From Balanoglossus misakiensis (taxonomy: Eukaryota; Animalia; Hemichordata): a stretch of 64,000 nt of DNA. Positions 13,797-26,525 of this stretch are shown here, piece by piece. The translations under genes and the position numbers were made by a program. The notes beneath the pieces were generated by a model, which was given only the letters and a program-made list of their open reading frames with translations, was not told the origin of the DNA and ran no database searches. The DNA is taken from assembly GCA_040954595.2 (NCBI GenBank), contig CM082586.2, positions 6,062,509 to 6,126,508 of the forward strand, written 5' to 3'. Position 1 is the stretch's first letter; each line of letters starts with the position of its first letter.

Positions 13797-15505
13797 TTGA
13801 CGTTTTCACTGCCTTTAGTTACTTAGAGTTTTAATACCATTGTTTTCATGACAAGCCAGTTTCGCCAGTGTACTATCGGGTCCGCCAGCTGGGGTATCGT
13901 TCGTACATTCCGCGGATGTCTGCGACGAATTTGTGTGGAGTACGGGTTAATTCCTTCCACATAAATTCTTCGGGGAAGACCCTGCGTTACATACCAGTAT
14001 GATATGTATATGTAGTCGAGGGTATTGCGAATAGATTTTATACAGATGGTTTTTAATTTATCGTGATTTATATCAGGTCAAATCCCTGTGATCGCTAAAG
14101 GGATGAAGGCCCGGAGTTTTATTTTACATCGAATGAGATTTACCTGTTTCACATCAGAACATATTCCAACGATTGTTAACAGTGGTTTCGCCACTCGATA
14201 TTAGCCTAGCGAACAATATTAGCAAACCAGCTGTCAAGTGTTGAAAGTGCTAAAAGTCGATGGAATCGACCCCCTCAGAAGAGAACCCGGGGTACAATTT
14301 TTTGAAAACGTGCTCCTTGAAGGATTTGCACGCATTATCGGCAAACTGTATTTATTTAGTACATCTTCTATTCCAAGTCCTTTATTTTGTAGTAGGCTTA
14401 CCGCTAAGGTCAAGTGGTTTATTTCTCGTAAATTAAGTAGAATTTGCAGCTTTTTGTTTATGTACAAGTGGCTTGTGTATAAGTTTACAGTAACCTGCAT
14501 ATCTATTTTGGTTGATTTAAACATCTGCCTGATACATCCGAACGGGCGCATGCCGCGCCCATGCCCCGATCTGACCAGACAACTAACGATCGTTTGGTTC
14601 CCAAAGGGATCACGGTTTTAATAAACGACGGACAAAAACAAAATGTCTCAATATCTGTTCGATTAGCTGAAGACATTGTGGAAAATAAAGTTGTCCCTTT
14701 ATATGAAGACAGAATTGTGATGTTTCAGCCATGTGTGTTGCATTGACAATTTAATTTCAGGGAGCTGGCATTTCCGGACTCTAACAGGCATCTCATAAGC
14801 ACTCTTGATGGGAAGTGGCACCCCCTGGCCCAGGGAAATACCGACAAATGCCTGAGCTGTCAAAGAGAAAATTAATATTACGGCGCTGCTGATGGCGATC
14901 GACAGACTTTGTTTAGCGATATTATTCAGCTATTATATGTATAGGCTAGAAGGCTATATTATTTGTTTATTCAAAATCAGAAAACGCTTCGAATCCATCA
15001 AATTGTTCTACCGTGTTAATCCCCGTGACCCGTTGAAGAATAATGTTCAAACCCATGTCAAAATGAAGGCCTACAGTTTATGAACACTGTTATCTTAGCT
15101 GACAGTATCGCACCCACTGTTTATCTTAACCTATATAGGGCCGAACGCTATTAAACCTCGCCAGTATATGACAGTAAAGTAGGCCTAGAGTCAACCAAAC
15201 TGTGTGCATCAGACGAGGAAAATCCACAATTTATCATCTGCATTATGCAATATCGATACGTATATGACAACACGCTAGAATAAATAACTCATAACACAGT
15301 GAGACATGATGGTAATGACAGCTACAGGCCTATACGACTCGAACAAAAGTAGCCTATAGCCTAGCCTAGCCATGTTAGCCCAGCCGTTGTTATCTGATTA
15401 TTATGAAGTAAAGATTGGTCAAGAAAAAAAAATAAAAGCCCCCAAAATAAATTAAAACGGAAAAAATCTATTCAGAATATTAAAAGAAGTTTGTAACACG
15501 ACGGG

Positions 15506-15512
15506 AAAAAAA
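15506..15512 (-). terminator. RNA polymerase III oligo-T terminator of the tRNA-Phe gene
   Basis: T7 run on the minus strand (GTTTCTTTTTTT) 5 nt after the discriminator base. Confidence 0.8.
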
Positions 15513-15517
15513 GAAAC

Positions 15518-15621
15518 TGCCGAAACCCGGGATAGTTCTCCGAACTCGTGCGAGTTCGCCGGTTTGAACCAGGGACCTTTAGATCTTCAGTCTAACGCTC
15601 TCCCAACTGAGCTATTTCGGC
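15518..15621 (-). tRNA. tRNA-Phe-GAA: tRNA-Phe(GAA) with a 31-nt T-loop insertion (candidate non-canonical intron, position 58/59, 15533-15563)
   Basis: Minus strand reads GCCGAAATAGCTCAGTTGGGAGAGCGTTAGACTGAAGATCTAAAGGTCCCTGGTTCAA[ACCGGCGAACTCGCACGAGTTCGGAGAACTA]TCCCGGGTTTCGGCA. Without the bracket it is the standard 73-nt animal tRNA-Phe (A57 variant). Anticodon at 15586-15588; A box and B box (GTTCAAACC) intact. Confidence 0.93.
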
Positions 15622-15864
15622 TGTTATGAAAGACGGTCACTGTAGAGAATAGGATCACATGATAGGAGAAATCCGCAGCGGCGAGCGGTGTTTGCTTGTA
15701 TTTTAGCAAACCAAATACAGTTTCAGATAACGTCATAATTTAGGCCCTATTTGTGGACGCAAGTGCAAATTTAGAATCTGTCGACGTCGCGCCAGTGTTT
15801 CTGGTACACGTACGCGTTCCTGGTACAGTTGCATGTATATTTCACAACCTTTGACCTAAGAAGG

Positions 15865-15910
15865 GACCAATCAGAAGCAAGAATTTACGCGAACGCAGAA
15901 ACCCGGAAGT
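15865..15910 (+). promoter_or_regulatory. FKBP11 proximal promoter: NF-Y CCAAT box and ETS site
   Basis: GACCAATCAG at 15865-15874 and ACCCGGAAGT at 15901-15910, in a CpG-rich stretch 85-130 nt upstream of the ATG. Confidence 0.6.
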
Positions 15911-15994
15911 TCGAAGATCATGCTGCAATATCGAAGCCGTTGGCTTGCAGACGACGGCTGATGGTAGTGATACTAGCTGCTTCGCTTATTCAAG

Positions 15995-18900
15995 ATGCGT
16001 AAGCCAGTAGTTGCTCTCTTCTTACTGGCGTTGATCTGTGCTGTCAGTGATGGAAAGAAGAAAAAGGGGCCAAAAGAAGTAAAAATCGAGATTATGGTAA
16101 GTTTATAATGCGCTTATGTTTATACACTGCACAGGTACGGCCGTATAGTCAGTAACTTGGGTTAAAGTTTTTGACACGAAGATAAACTTTAATGTTCAGT
16201 CGGATTAACTGACTTCTATAAATAAATTTGTAAAATGCCCGTGCTATACAAATCATCATGGTCAATAGTTCAACTTTCCCAACGTCTTTTTGAAGTCTTT
16301 CTTAACTTTTTTTTTCTGTCAAAGAAAATTAAACAGACCACCATATGTTGTCTAAAATTGTACCAACAACCAGGTATGCACTATCCATGGGTTGGCGCAA
16401 AGAAATTTCAAAAAATTCTCAAAATCGACTCAATTGAATAAAATGTCATGTTTTAGAGGGCCCGCTGCAACGGTCTTGTGATTAATATTGAACGGATATT
16501 CAGACTGCGCCCCGCATCACACACCACACGTCCTCATGTGTGAAGTATACAGTGTAATTGGATATCCTTGTCACAAAGTTGAGAGCAACGCCGCATTGCA
16601 TTTGCTCTGCCAGGCGTCAAGTTCGACCGCCACGTCACAGTTGCAGAATGATTTGAACATGTGTGTGTGTTTACCTCTGGCGACGAACCATATCAACTGA
16701 TGTGACTACCGACTCATCCTTCTGATTGATAAGTCAGCTGCTTATAACAGTGCCACTCCCATGGGACATTGGTCTGAGAGAGAGGGTTAAAATAAAATAT
16801 ATTGTGCATCTCTTTTAAGTTTTAAAAGTTTTTTGCATATACCTTGCTTGCACTGCTAGTTGACTTTTTCACATCATTAAAGGTGTCCATTGCATGTCTA
16901 TGATACTTTTACATACTACTCGCTTTACTGGTAAATAGCATATGGCACTATCATAATGAAGTCCATTGTTTTGTCTTTCATTGCGAATAGAGCAACAGTT
17001 GCACATGCTACATAGTAATTAGAGTAGCAACTAGAGTTGGTTGAGAACTGTTTTTACTCTCTCAAAGCCTTATGTTGCATGTCCTCAATGACAGGGGTGA
17101 GTGGAATTTAAGTTGTTAATGTTGGAGCACAGCCACTTAGAGCACCTCCTTTCACCAGAGCTCTGTCACCAGGGACATGCAATATAACTTTAGGACCTGC
17201 TGTGAAACTGAACAGAGTATCCCATCTCAGGTCAGGTTTAATTATTATAGACTCTCAAGGGTCTATAGGTTTACTTGACCATTATTGGCTTGGATGGTAA
17301 AGTGATCAATGATGTCCTCAGTGGTGTCCAGTCAAGAACACTCTAGTAACAAAATATTGTAATCCCGTTCAAAAATATTGTGCATTTGTCATATTCAGAA
17401 AAAAACCTGTTCAAATGTAGAACGTACAACCAGTATCAGTTCCCACAGAAGCTAAACTCCCTTGATTTATGAGCAGCTTTTTAAAATTGTATGAAGTCAC
17501 TACTTGCAGATAAAGTTTTACCATTATGAATTAATTATTCAGCCGTTCATAATCAGAATTGATAAATTATCAATGTCCATATGGACGTTTCTGGAGGGAC
17601 ACATGTGCCAACCGAGGGAAGATAATAAAATAATCAATATTGCCCCGTGGCTGGGTATAAAGCAAACAAAACAGGAAGAAGTCATGTTTTCTTGAATAAT
17701 TCAGAACCACTGTACTGTGATTATACTAGTTATCTTTACTTCTTACTCTGACAGGTCAATACCTGTACAAGTTTTTTCCAGTATTTGTATAAGCCTCAGG
17801 GATGAGATAAAATTAAGCATCGCGACCTGGTTTTATATTCAAACCCCATACGAAGACAGAATAATGGGTCTGAAATAGTATTGAACGGAGTAATGTGTTT
17901 TTTCTCTGTAACGGGTCACGCCAACCACCCAATTAGTTGACGTGAATACAATTATTCCAAAAATAAGTTGACTGATTCAAATACAGTCGGCCTGATGAGT
18001 TTTTTGAAGCTCCAATTCCCGTTGTTTTGGAAATTACTTCTATTTACATTTCACTTGAAAGCACCCATCTAGCATCTACCAGCTAAAAAATGAATGCAAT
18101 CGTTAATAAACCAAAAAGTGCTCAACATTAAACACATTGCTCAATCTCATTCTGAACATGGAAAACACATGTCTGACCTAAATTGTTAATTCATTTAAAA
18201 AGTGTCATAAAATGAGCTGTAAGGAAAACTTAACACAGAAACTTTGTGTTTGTTTTTTCCAATCATAATCTATCCCTTGCGTACAAGGCCCTGTGCTTTC
18301 ATAAAGTGCTATTTTATTCACCAGACACTGAACACACATTGTGTGAGATAAACCTGACTTTAATAAAGATATTTTCATCCTTTTGAAATTAGGCCCATAT
18401 CTAATCCTCATGTGCACAAAATGTATGGCTATCAATAAATTATGGGGGTAGTATCATATACAGGTGTATAATCCATATCCTAAGATAAGTCCTCTGGGTG
18501 TTGCTGTAGTTGGGTTCACATCAGAAAAATAACGCTCGCCCTAAACAGGTTTAGGTTTTAAACCAGCCTAAATGATGTGCACAAGATGTGTTGGACCAGA
18601 GCCAGACTAGCAAAGTCCTGGTATAGAATGTCCCCAAGCAAGCATCATACATAACCATGCTTCTTCTTTCTCTTGTTTTACAGGATGAAGTTAGTGATTG
18701 CACAGAAAGAGCTGAGGATGGAGACACATTACAAGTCCACTATACTGTAAGTTTTGGAAAAAAAATGTACAGTAGCTAGGGCAAGTAGGGAAACGCTAAT
18801 CTACTGATAAAACTATAGCACTGATAAAACGTGAGAGAATGTACCAGCTGTGTCTAAAACTCACTATCAGCCAAATAGCTTATAGTCATGCTACTAGGTT

Positions 18901-21583
18901 AGTTTAAAACACCCATACATTTATTAATGAATTTTGCAGTACATTGAATGAACCCATATTGCAGCGGTTTACTTACCAAAAATATGGTTTATAGACATAC
19001 GACAGGCCGGCTGCACAAATAATAGTGACAATTAGCCCATACTTGGCCGTTTTTTTAAATATAGTACATAACTTAAGAAATTTATTTATGTTTAATGCTC
19101 CATTAGCTGTAACTTGCGCCCAGCATTTTGCTTATCAACACAATATGTGTATAGTCAACATTGTTATTTATATGCAAAATTTGAATTCAAGTCCTGAGTA
19201 GAATTAATTTGTCAACAATAACAATGGCCGTTACGAACATACAAGCTAAGTTGTGGAGTACTGGGTATATTAAAATTCTGTTTGGAGTAGAGAAAGGAAT
19301 TGTATTGGAAATTGTATTTGATTCACAGAACAAAAATGCTGGAAATAAAGCCAAAGATTGTCCCTTTAATGGCTGACCACACTGTATTCGGTTTTTCTGA
19401 CCCAAGCTGAAAACTCTGACAATTTGATTTAAAAAAAGAAAAAAAACACACGTGGTGAGTGTGCTGATTACTACCTGTATATTTTACTTTCAATTTCACG
19501 ATGCTATTTTCACTCTCGACCATTGAAACCAGGGCTATAGTACATGCTCAAAAAATACTGGCATTTCATGGGATAAGAATAGCCACACACAAATCCCTCA
19601 CATGTCAGCCTCAGGCAGGGTTGTTACAACCTCCCAGGATTGTTTGTTTGGAAACCACCAGACTGTTTATTTCTCTCTGCCATTTCTTGCAGGGGAGGCT
19701 GGAGTCGACAGGTGAAGTATTCGACTCAAGCGACGGGAAGCGACCTTTCGAGTTTGTTATCGGGGCCAAACCCAAACAGGTCATTGAGGGATGGGATATC
19801 GGCTTGAAGGGAATGTGTGTCGGGTAAGCAAGTCCCTAGGACTTTCATCACATTTCAATTTCAATGACTTTCAGCACGTCAACTTTCAATGACTTTCATC
19901 ACATTTCAATGACTTTCATCACCTTTCAATGACTTTCACCACATTTCAATGACTTTCATCACTTTTCGGACAAACTGAAATTTACCAAAAAAAATCATAT
20001 TTGCTGTGTGTTACATTTTAATTTTTCGTGATCAACTCTATTTTTTTGTTTTGTGACCAATTCCCTTTGGCCAGATCATGTGATCAATACTCTCCAACAA
20101 GCAATCAACAATAGCAGATCTTGATTAATTACTTTGTCAGTTTCATCATAGCATTCCATCTTTTCACATTATAATGTTTATAACTAAAATTTTATAATGT
20201 GTTTTCTTTAACCTTACAGTACAATTTTTTTTGTCATTACAAATGTATTAAGCAAATTGTTTGGAATTTAATCAGGGATAACCATAGGTACATGTAACAC
20301 TTAGCAAAAGTCTTGGGATATTTATAACTTAGCTGTTGAGTGTTTGGCAGCAGAAGTTATGTCATATGTCAGCGATGAAATCAATTATCAGGTTTAAAGA
20401 ACCATTTACTCCTAAATGTAGTAGCTGTTATGACCTCAATATGCAGTAACAGGAGAGCCCATAACCCTTGAATGTGTATAAAAATAGTCAGTGTCTGTGT
20501 AGTGTACATGGGGTAATAGACTCGTCCAGGCCTGGATGACAGTCCCCAGAGATCTGACATGCTAACCTAATTTTCCGCACCGTGAGGTAATTTGCCTTGT
20601 TGTGTTTATGCTATGGAGTTTTAATACTAATACCAGTCGGTCTGCTAGTCAGCTGGAAGCTAGTTTGTGCAACATGTGGTGAATAAGAAACATGTATCCT
20701 GGATATACTAGGCCAACAATTCCACCCCCCCCCCCCCCCCCCCCCCTCCGCCTCCTCCCCTTCACGGCGTATTTTCTGTGGCGTTGTGTGAACTTCAGTG
20801 GTCAGTGGCCAACTCATGTTTCTAAAATTTCACAGAGAACGGAGACTTCTGGTCATACCTCCGGAATTTGCGTACGGAAAGAGAGGGAGTCCACCACAGA
20901 TACCACGTAAGTTGAAATGTGGAGATGTCTGCTCTTATTTAATAACCCTGTCACCACTATGGTTCAGTCCAGAACCCATTGTTTTCTATGGTAAAGTTGG
21001 ACCTCTAAAGAGGAAAGTGGGGGTGAAAGGGTTAAAATGGATGCTCCATTTAGACTGATAAGTGATCGTGTTATAGAACGCAGTAGCCTGTATGTGTGCA
21101 ACACTAACTGCCATTGTTATTGTGGACATAGTGAAATCTATTCTGGACTGGAGTACACATTTTGCCCAATACCAATGCTGACTATATGTATATAGGTTGT
21201 GGTAAAAAAGCTAAATACATAGCATTTTGTCATGCTTCAGTGATTTTAACAAGAAACTGCAGTAGATACACAAAAGAAAAAACATGCTGAAAACAGAGAG
21301 AAAAGTTACAGCTGATCTAAATGGATCTTTAAACAGAAAAGTTTTCTTTCTTTTATTTCTCCATTCAGCACATGCAACTCTGGAATTTGAAGCTTTCCTG
21401 ATCTCTGTGAAAAAACAGACGCTGCAAGAGAAAATCTTACCTCATGTCCAGTTCATATCAATTCCTGTGGCCGTCATTATATTCATATACTATTTATATG
21501 ATAAAATCAGAAAAGCTCCCTCAGAACAGGAAGTCAAAAAAGCTGAAAAAGTTAGCAAGAAAAATTCAAAGAAGAAAAAGTAA
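15995..21583 (+). CDS. FKBP11: FKBP-type peptidyl-prolyl isomerase, ER type-I membrane (FKBP11/FKBP19 ortholog), 193 aa
   Basis: Exons 15995-16096, 18684-18746, 19693-19823, 20836-20906, 21369-21583 (582 nt). Signal peptide MRKPVVALFLLALICAVSDG; FKBP domain [51 protein letters not shown]; TM helix; lysine-rich tail ending KKKK (dilysine ER retrieval). Confidence 0.93.
19840..19966. repeat. 20-bp minisatellite (GACTTTCATCACATTTCAAT), about 6 copies, just after the FKBP11 exon-3 donor
   Basis: Directly visible tandem copies. Confidence 0.85.
20725..20760. repeat. Poly-C tract (C22 plus C-rich tail); G-quadruplex-capable on the template strand
   Basis: Homopolymer visible about 90 nt upstream of FKBP11 exon 4. 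Confidence 0.8.
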
Positions 21584-22813
21584 CAGTCAAATTTAAATAA
21601 GAATAAATTAATGCAAATTTTAAAATATTTCCTTTTATTTTGTGTTTTACTTTTTAAATGTTTGAATAAATTAAAATAATTGGAGTTCTCACATAATTAG
21701 GGATCTGGCAACATCTTAATATTGTTTTAGTTTTTGCTGTGTCTTTCACTATTTTCAAGTCTTTATCAAGAGATAATAATTCTATGCAATCAGAAATAAT
21801 GACGAAGATCAAGTTTGCACATTTTGTGGTTTCATCTGGTAGACTACAAATATTAAGGACCCACCTATATGATAAATTAATGTTGAGTCGTATGATGATT
21901 GTTGAAAAATGGATATCAAATAGACCTTACTCTTCTAATTCTATAAGTGAATGCAAATGAATAAACTTAAGAGAGTTTCTTTTTATGATTCCAATACGTT
22001 TTCCATTTGGTTGTTAATTTCACTGTCTTCATGGTCTTATTCCACCAATTGTCATTTGACCTGTGTGTGACCTTGATTTGACCTTTATCTGTACGTGGAG
22101 ACATCATTTCCTGTCTGTGTCACATTTTCATGTGAACCCTTCTATAATAGTGGACATCTGTTTTCTGTAAACACTCAGGGCTATATATGTAGTGCCCCCT
22201 TTCCCACACCCAACCTACGTACATTAAACCACTAATCTTCCAGACAAGAATATGTGAAACGTCTAATTCAAGTGTATTATCGCCACTTGTTTGTAAATGT
22301 TGTTTGAGAAATGTAATTATTGGTAAAAAAACTTCTTTGTTCTGATCGGAGACAAGTTAATAAATAAACTGAAAAGTTCAGAAATGTTGATGTCTTGGCA
22401 GTAAAAATGATTGTGAATTTATGGGCTCGGTATAAACGTATGCGTGATAGTGAATGTGTAAAAAAGTTCTGACCATTAAAGGGGTTATCAGTGAGTTGAT
22501 ATGCCATGTGCTAGATACATGTACTCCTATACTGATCAGTTTAAAAATAGACCCTGGACATAATATGCCAATGTGAATGACACTCTATATAAAATATTAC
22601 TGAAAGACTGCATTTATGTAATGAAGCTCTTTATTTATAAATAGTTCAATGTCATTTAAAATCTATACAATTGTATATCTGCAATGTTTTATAAATAGTT
22701 TTTAATATCTACATAAACTGGCTTCAATGCAAAGTACATGTAAAGCAATTCAATATGGCCGACAGGACCTTCATTCAGGATTCAAGTATATCTGAGGAAT
22801 AATATCGTGTTTA

Positions 22814-23837
22814 TCACACTGCGTCTCCCACTAGGTACCATTTTATTTTGTTTCCTTTGTGTTCACAATAATAAAGACACACTGCGACCAGCACGAACAA
22901 AATCACGGAGAACGGTATGGCGAGGAACTGCAGTGCTTCGAAGTTGGGCGAAGGAGGATCTCGGGGAATCCAGTCACCGTTGGTGGCGCCCTTGACCACC
23001 TTCACCAGTTTGACGTCGAAAATGAGCGTCGAATTCGCAGGTACCAGAGGCGGCGAACCTTTGTGGCCGTAACCGAGAAACGGCGGAACAATAATACGCC
23101 TCGCCTCCCTGAATCAATAAAAAGAAGGAAGTTGATATAAAAGCAATAGACACAGTTCCAATAATAGTATGCATGTAGTTGGCTTAAACAGAGTGTTCGG
23201 TCAAAGTGAAAACACATTCGAAGAAATGTACTAGCATGCCATGTCAGTTCAGCCAAAGGGTGACGAAAATGGCCAACTTGAATAAGCCAAAGATACACAC
23301 GTTTAGATGCATGTAAAATCACTACTGGGAAAGTAGACAGACATATTAACCATACCCTGTACACATGTTCTTGACACCTCTGATCCAGCCTTTGATAAGT
23401 TCACCCTCTTCTTCGCCTATGACATATCCAAATGGTTCACCCCAGATATAGGACGCGTCGAAAACAGTCCCGTCGTCCAGTGTGCCCTGGAAAATATGCA
23501 TGCCGTCTAAATGTCAATTGTAATCCGACAGGTGCAATTAATCTAGGCCTCGTTCAGTACATGTACGTTTTCTCAGGAAAACCGAGCATTGTAAAAGTGG
23601 CTTGAATCAGTGTATATGTACCAGGCACGTTTACCTCTATTCAGAATACTACTGACTCAGCTGAGTTTATTGTACATATATGTAATGGATTAGGACATTT
23701 TAATACGTTGGCTATTATGGGTCATCAAAAGGCGTGCGCATTTCCACTTAGTGTCACTGAAAACGATGACTTACATTATATTCAAACATCACCGAGTCTC
23801 CCAGCGATGATGTGCGTGTGCAGTGACGTGGCTGGTG
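22814..23837 (-). CDS. FKBP11-like paralog A, exons 2-4 (FKBP domain, TM helix, short tail ending GDAV)
   Basis: Minus-strand exons 23837-23775 (HQPRHCTRTSSLGDSVMFEYN), 23486-23356 (GTLDDGTVFDAS...LIKGWIRGVKNMCTG) and 23108-22814 (EARRIIVPPFLGYG...NSTLIFDVKL...QFLAIPFSVILFVLVAVCLYYC...GDAV*). The 63-nt and 131-nt exon sizes and their phases match FKBP11. Confidence 0.93.
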
Positions 23838-26450
23838 CTGAAACATAAAGAAATGAAACTAATTGAAATATTGTAAAGACGAACACGCAACACTCCTAGG
23901 AATCAAAGCGTCGTCAGACACAAAGAAATTAATCTCCACTCAAAATAGACATGCTATGATTTTATCACTGACGGTATGTCTCTATACGTTTTGTTTTCAA
24001 TTCAAAGTCTGAATCGACCCTGTCTATCTTTCTCCTTGTTTCAGTTCTAATTGTCAGTTTGAAATCGCTCCGCTGAAAAAGAAACGCACAACACCTAAAT
24101 GTCCGTAGACGTCACGTGACTGGATTAGTTATTATGGACGCGAGCGCTGTGTGCAATTTCATTTGTCAAAAAACGCAGCAAAGGACACGGAAATATCATG
24201 TAGAGACGGGACTGTGTTGCATTCTGAGAGAGAAATTGGGCCGCTGTGGAATTCTCCTCGGGTGAAACCCCGGCAGTGCGCGTGACGCGTGTAACGAAAT
24301 ACAAGGAAACGATTTAGCTGAATGCCCCATAGCAACAGATGGTAATGCTCGCTGGGGTGAACACGCTCTCTGCGAGGATTATCCAGGGTTCCGCGTCGAC
24401 AGATTCCCACATCCTCAAAAGCTTCCATTTCTGCGGAGCATTTATACAGAAGCCGCGACGACGACAGTTCGGATAAATTACACGCGCCGTGCAGTGATAA
24501 TGATTGTAACATATCCGCTTACAGACAGGGGCTGCTCGCTTCTCGCTCTCCTGAAGTTCATCACTGAAATGTTGCCAATTTTCGTATCAAATTCTAAGAT
24601 CACCGAAACGAGATCAACCCAATCCACAATTTTCTGTCAGTTCCCGAACAGGCAACCGTATAAACTCCCGTGTCTTCTGTACATTCTGACCAAAACGCCT
24701 TATTCACGACATATTCTCAACACGTACGCGTTCATTTCGAGTGAATTCGGGGGTTTTCTCGGTAAATCGATGCCCACGTGACCTTGATAGCCACTTCTCA
24801 AATAAGGATAGGGGCGAGGCGTCATCATCAAATTGGCAAATTTGACTTGAAAATTGGCCATTGGCTGTGAAAGTGTCAGAAATTGAACATTTAATCTGGG
24901 CGTAAATGTTTATAACCAAAAGCACCTCTTTGTCGAAAGCGACATGATTAACCCAAAGGGAATATTTACCGACGGACACTGCCCTTTCCCAATTTTCTTT
25001 TACTCGAATACGAGAATTTTTATTTCTGGAATTTAATCATCAAAGATTAAACACTTCACGTTAAAGACTTTTCCACGGGGCGTTGCGTTTTTATTTCTTA
25101 TGTAATAAAAAATCCATGACGGTAGTTTTAGTTTAGTGTGTGGATCACCATATCCTTGCCTCGACTCGGAGTGAGATGTTAGACTTTCTCAGGACTGTTG
25201 CATCAGAGATAAACAAAAATGCCAGTGTTACTTTAAAAATGATTAATGTTATCTCACATGGAATTACACCGTACATCTTAATATAAGGAGGATATTTACG
25301 TATTATATGTAGCCGAGGGACATGTACGCTTATCCTGCGTAGGGATATGACATGAATGTTTCATTATTATCGCTGCATTACACCGTTGGCGGAAATTGAG
25401 GAATAAAACGGACTGACATATTTTATTGAAGCACTGCAAAATCTCAAAACGAGTAGCCAGAGACCTATCAGATACACGTCGTGACTTAGCCACTACTGTC
25501 GGTAAATTAAAAATTAAGTATTTTTTTTTGGGGGGGGGGAGTGTAAATGGGGATATTTGAATAACGCGCTGATGATAGCGTGAAAGCGCTCTTGATGAAA
25601 CGATTTCTGTTTTCAATGTGGAACACAGAAAATTACAATTTAATCTCAACAGAATGTTTGGACTTCGCAAAAATAGATTCCATGAAATTACTCTGTATTA
25701 TTACAATGGCAAAATTAATAATTACCCTTCGGTAGAAATCGGTTTTTCTAATCGTATTAATGACCTTTGACCCTCGTCCAGGAAAGGGTAATTACCTTGC
25801 AAACAGCCCTAAAGCGACCACCAGAAGCTGAAAGCAGATACGACTGCCGTGAATATCGAGATTTTCTGCAAAAATTACTTTGGGGCCATTTTGAAAACTG
25901 ATATCTGAAGTCGTACTATATTTCAACTTTAATAACATAACTGTGTTAACTTCTACGTCATTAGGCCTACTTGAGTGAATTGAATTAAAATCGATCCAAT
26001 AATTTTGAAAGTCGAGCTTTAATGTGTTTTTCCGTTTTAGTGATAAATCAATTAAGGATTTTAATATTGTGTGACCTTGTTTCATACTGCCGCTAGTTTG
26101 CAATATCCGCCAGTTTGCCCAGTCAAGTAATTGCGGAAACAATACATTGTGAAATATTTCAGAGGTACTTTTTGATGTTTAGTCATTAAATTGGTGTTGA
26201 TGATTTGTATTTACATAATTTTTGCGAATTGTCAGATGTCTTTGCAGTGTATGTAGTTATGCAAATCATTAAAAGCGAAATTACTATTGTAAAACACTTT
26301 TGGCCGATCAAGTTCTTTCGCAATAAAACACAAGTCGAAACATCGGTTGCCGTGGCGAATTACAAACAAAATCAAAAGGTGAAGTCTGGGAAACCCGTAT
26401 GACGCCCCTGGAGAATTTGACAAGTTGTGATTCTGTCAAATTTATAGATA

Positions 26451-26525
26451 GTATGTATGTATAGTGTGTGTATGTATCTGTGTGCGTGCGTGCGTGTGTG
26501 TGTGTTTGGGTGTGGATGGATGGAT
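26451..26525. repeat. Compound (GT/GTAT/GCGT/GGAT)n microsatellite
   Basis: Directly visible; preceded by a 9-bp hairpin AATTTGACA...TGTCAAATT. Confidence 0.8.

Noticed and set aside
23973-24072. Extra minus-strand exon of paralog A (strong acceptor)
   Set aside because: Available donors give non-phase-0 ends that would frameshift exon 2.
25661-26160. Possible non-autonomous DNA-transposon fragment (TGACCTTTGACC, short inverted repeat 25720/25784)
   Set aside because: No defined termini or second copy in the window.
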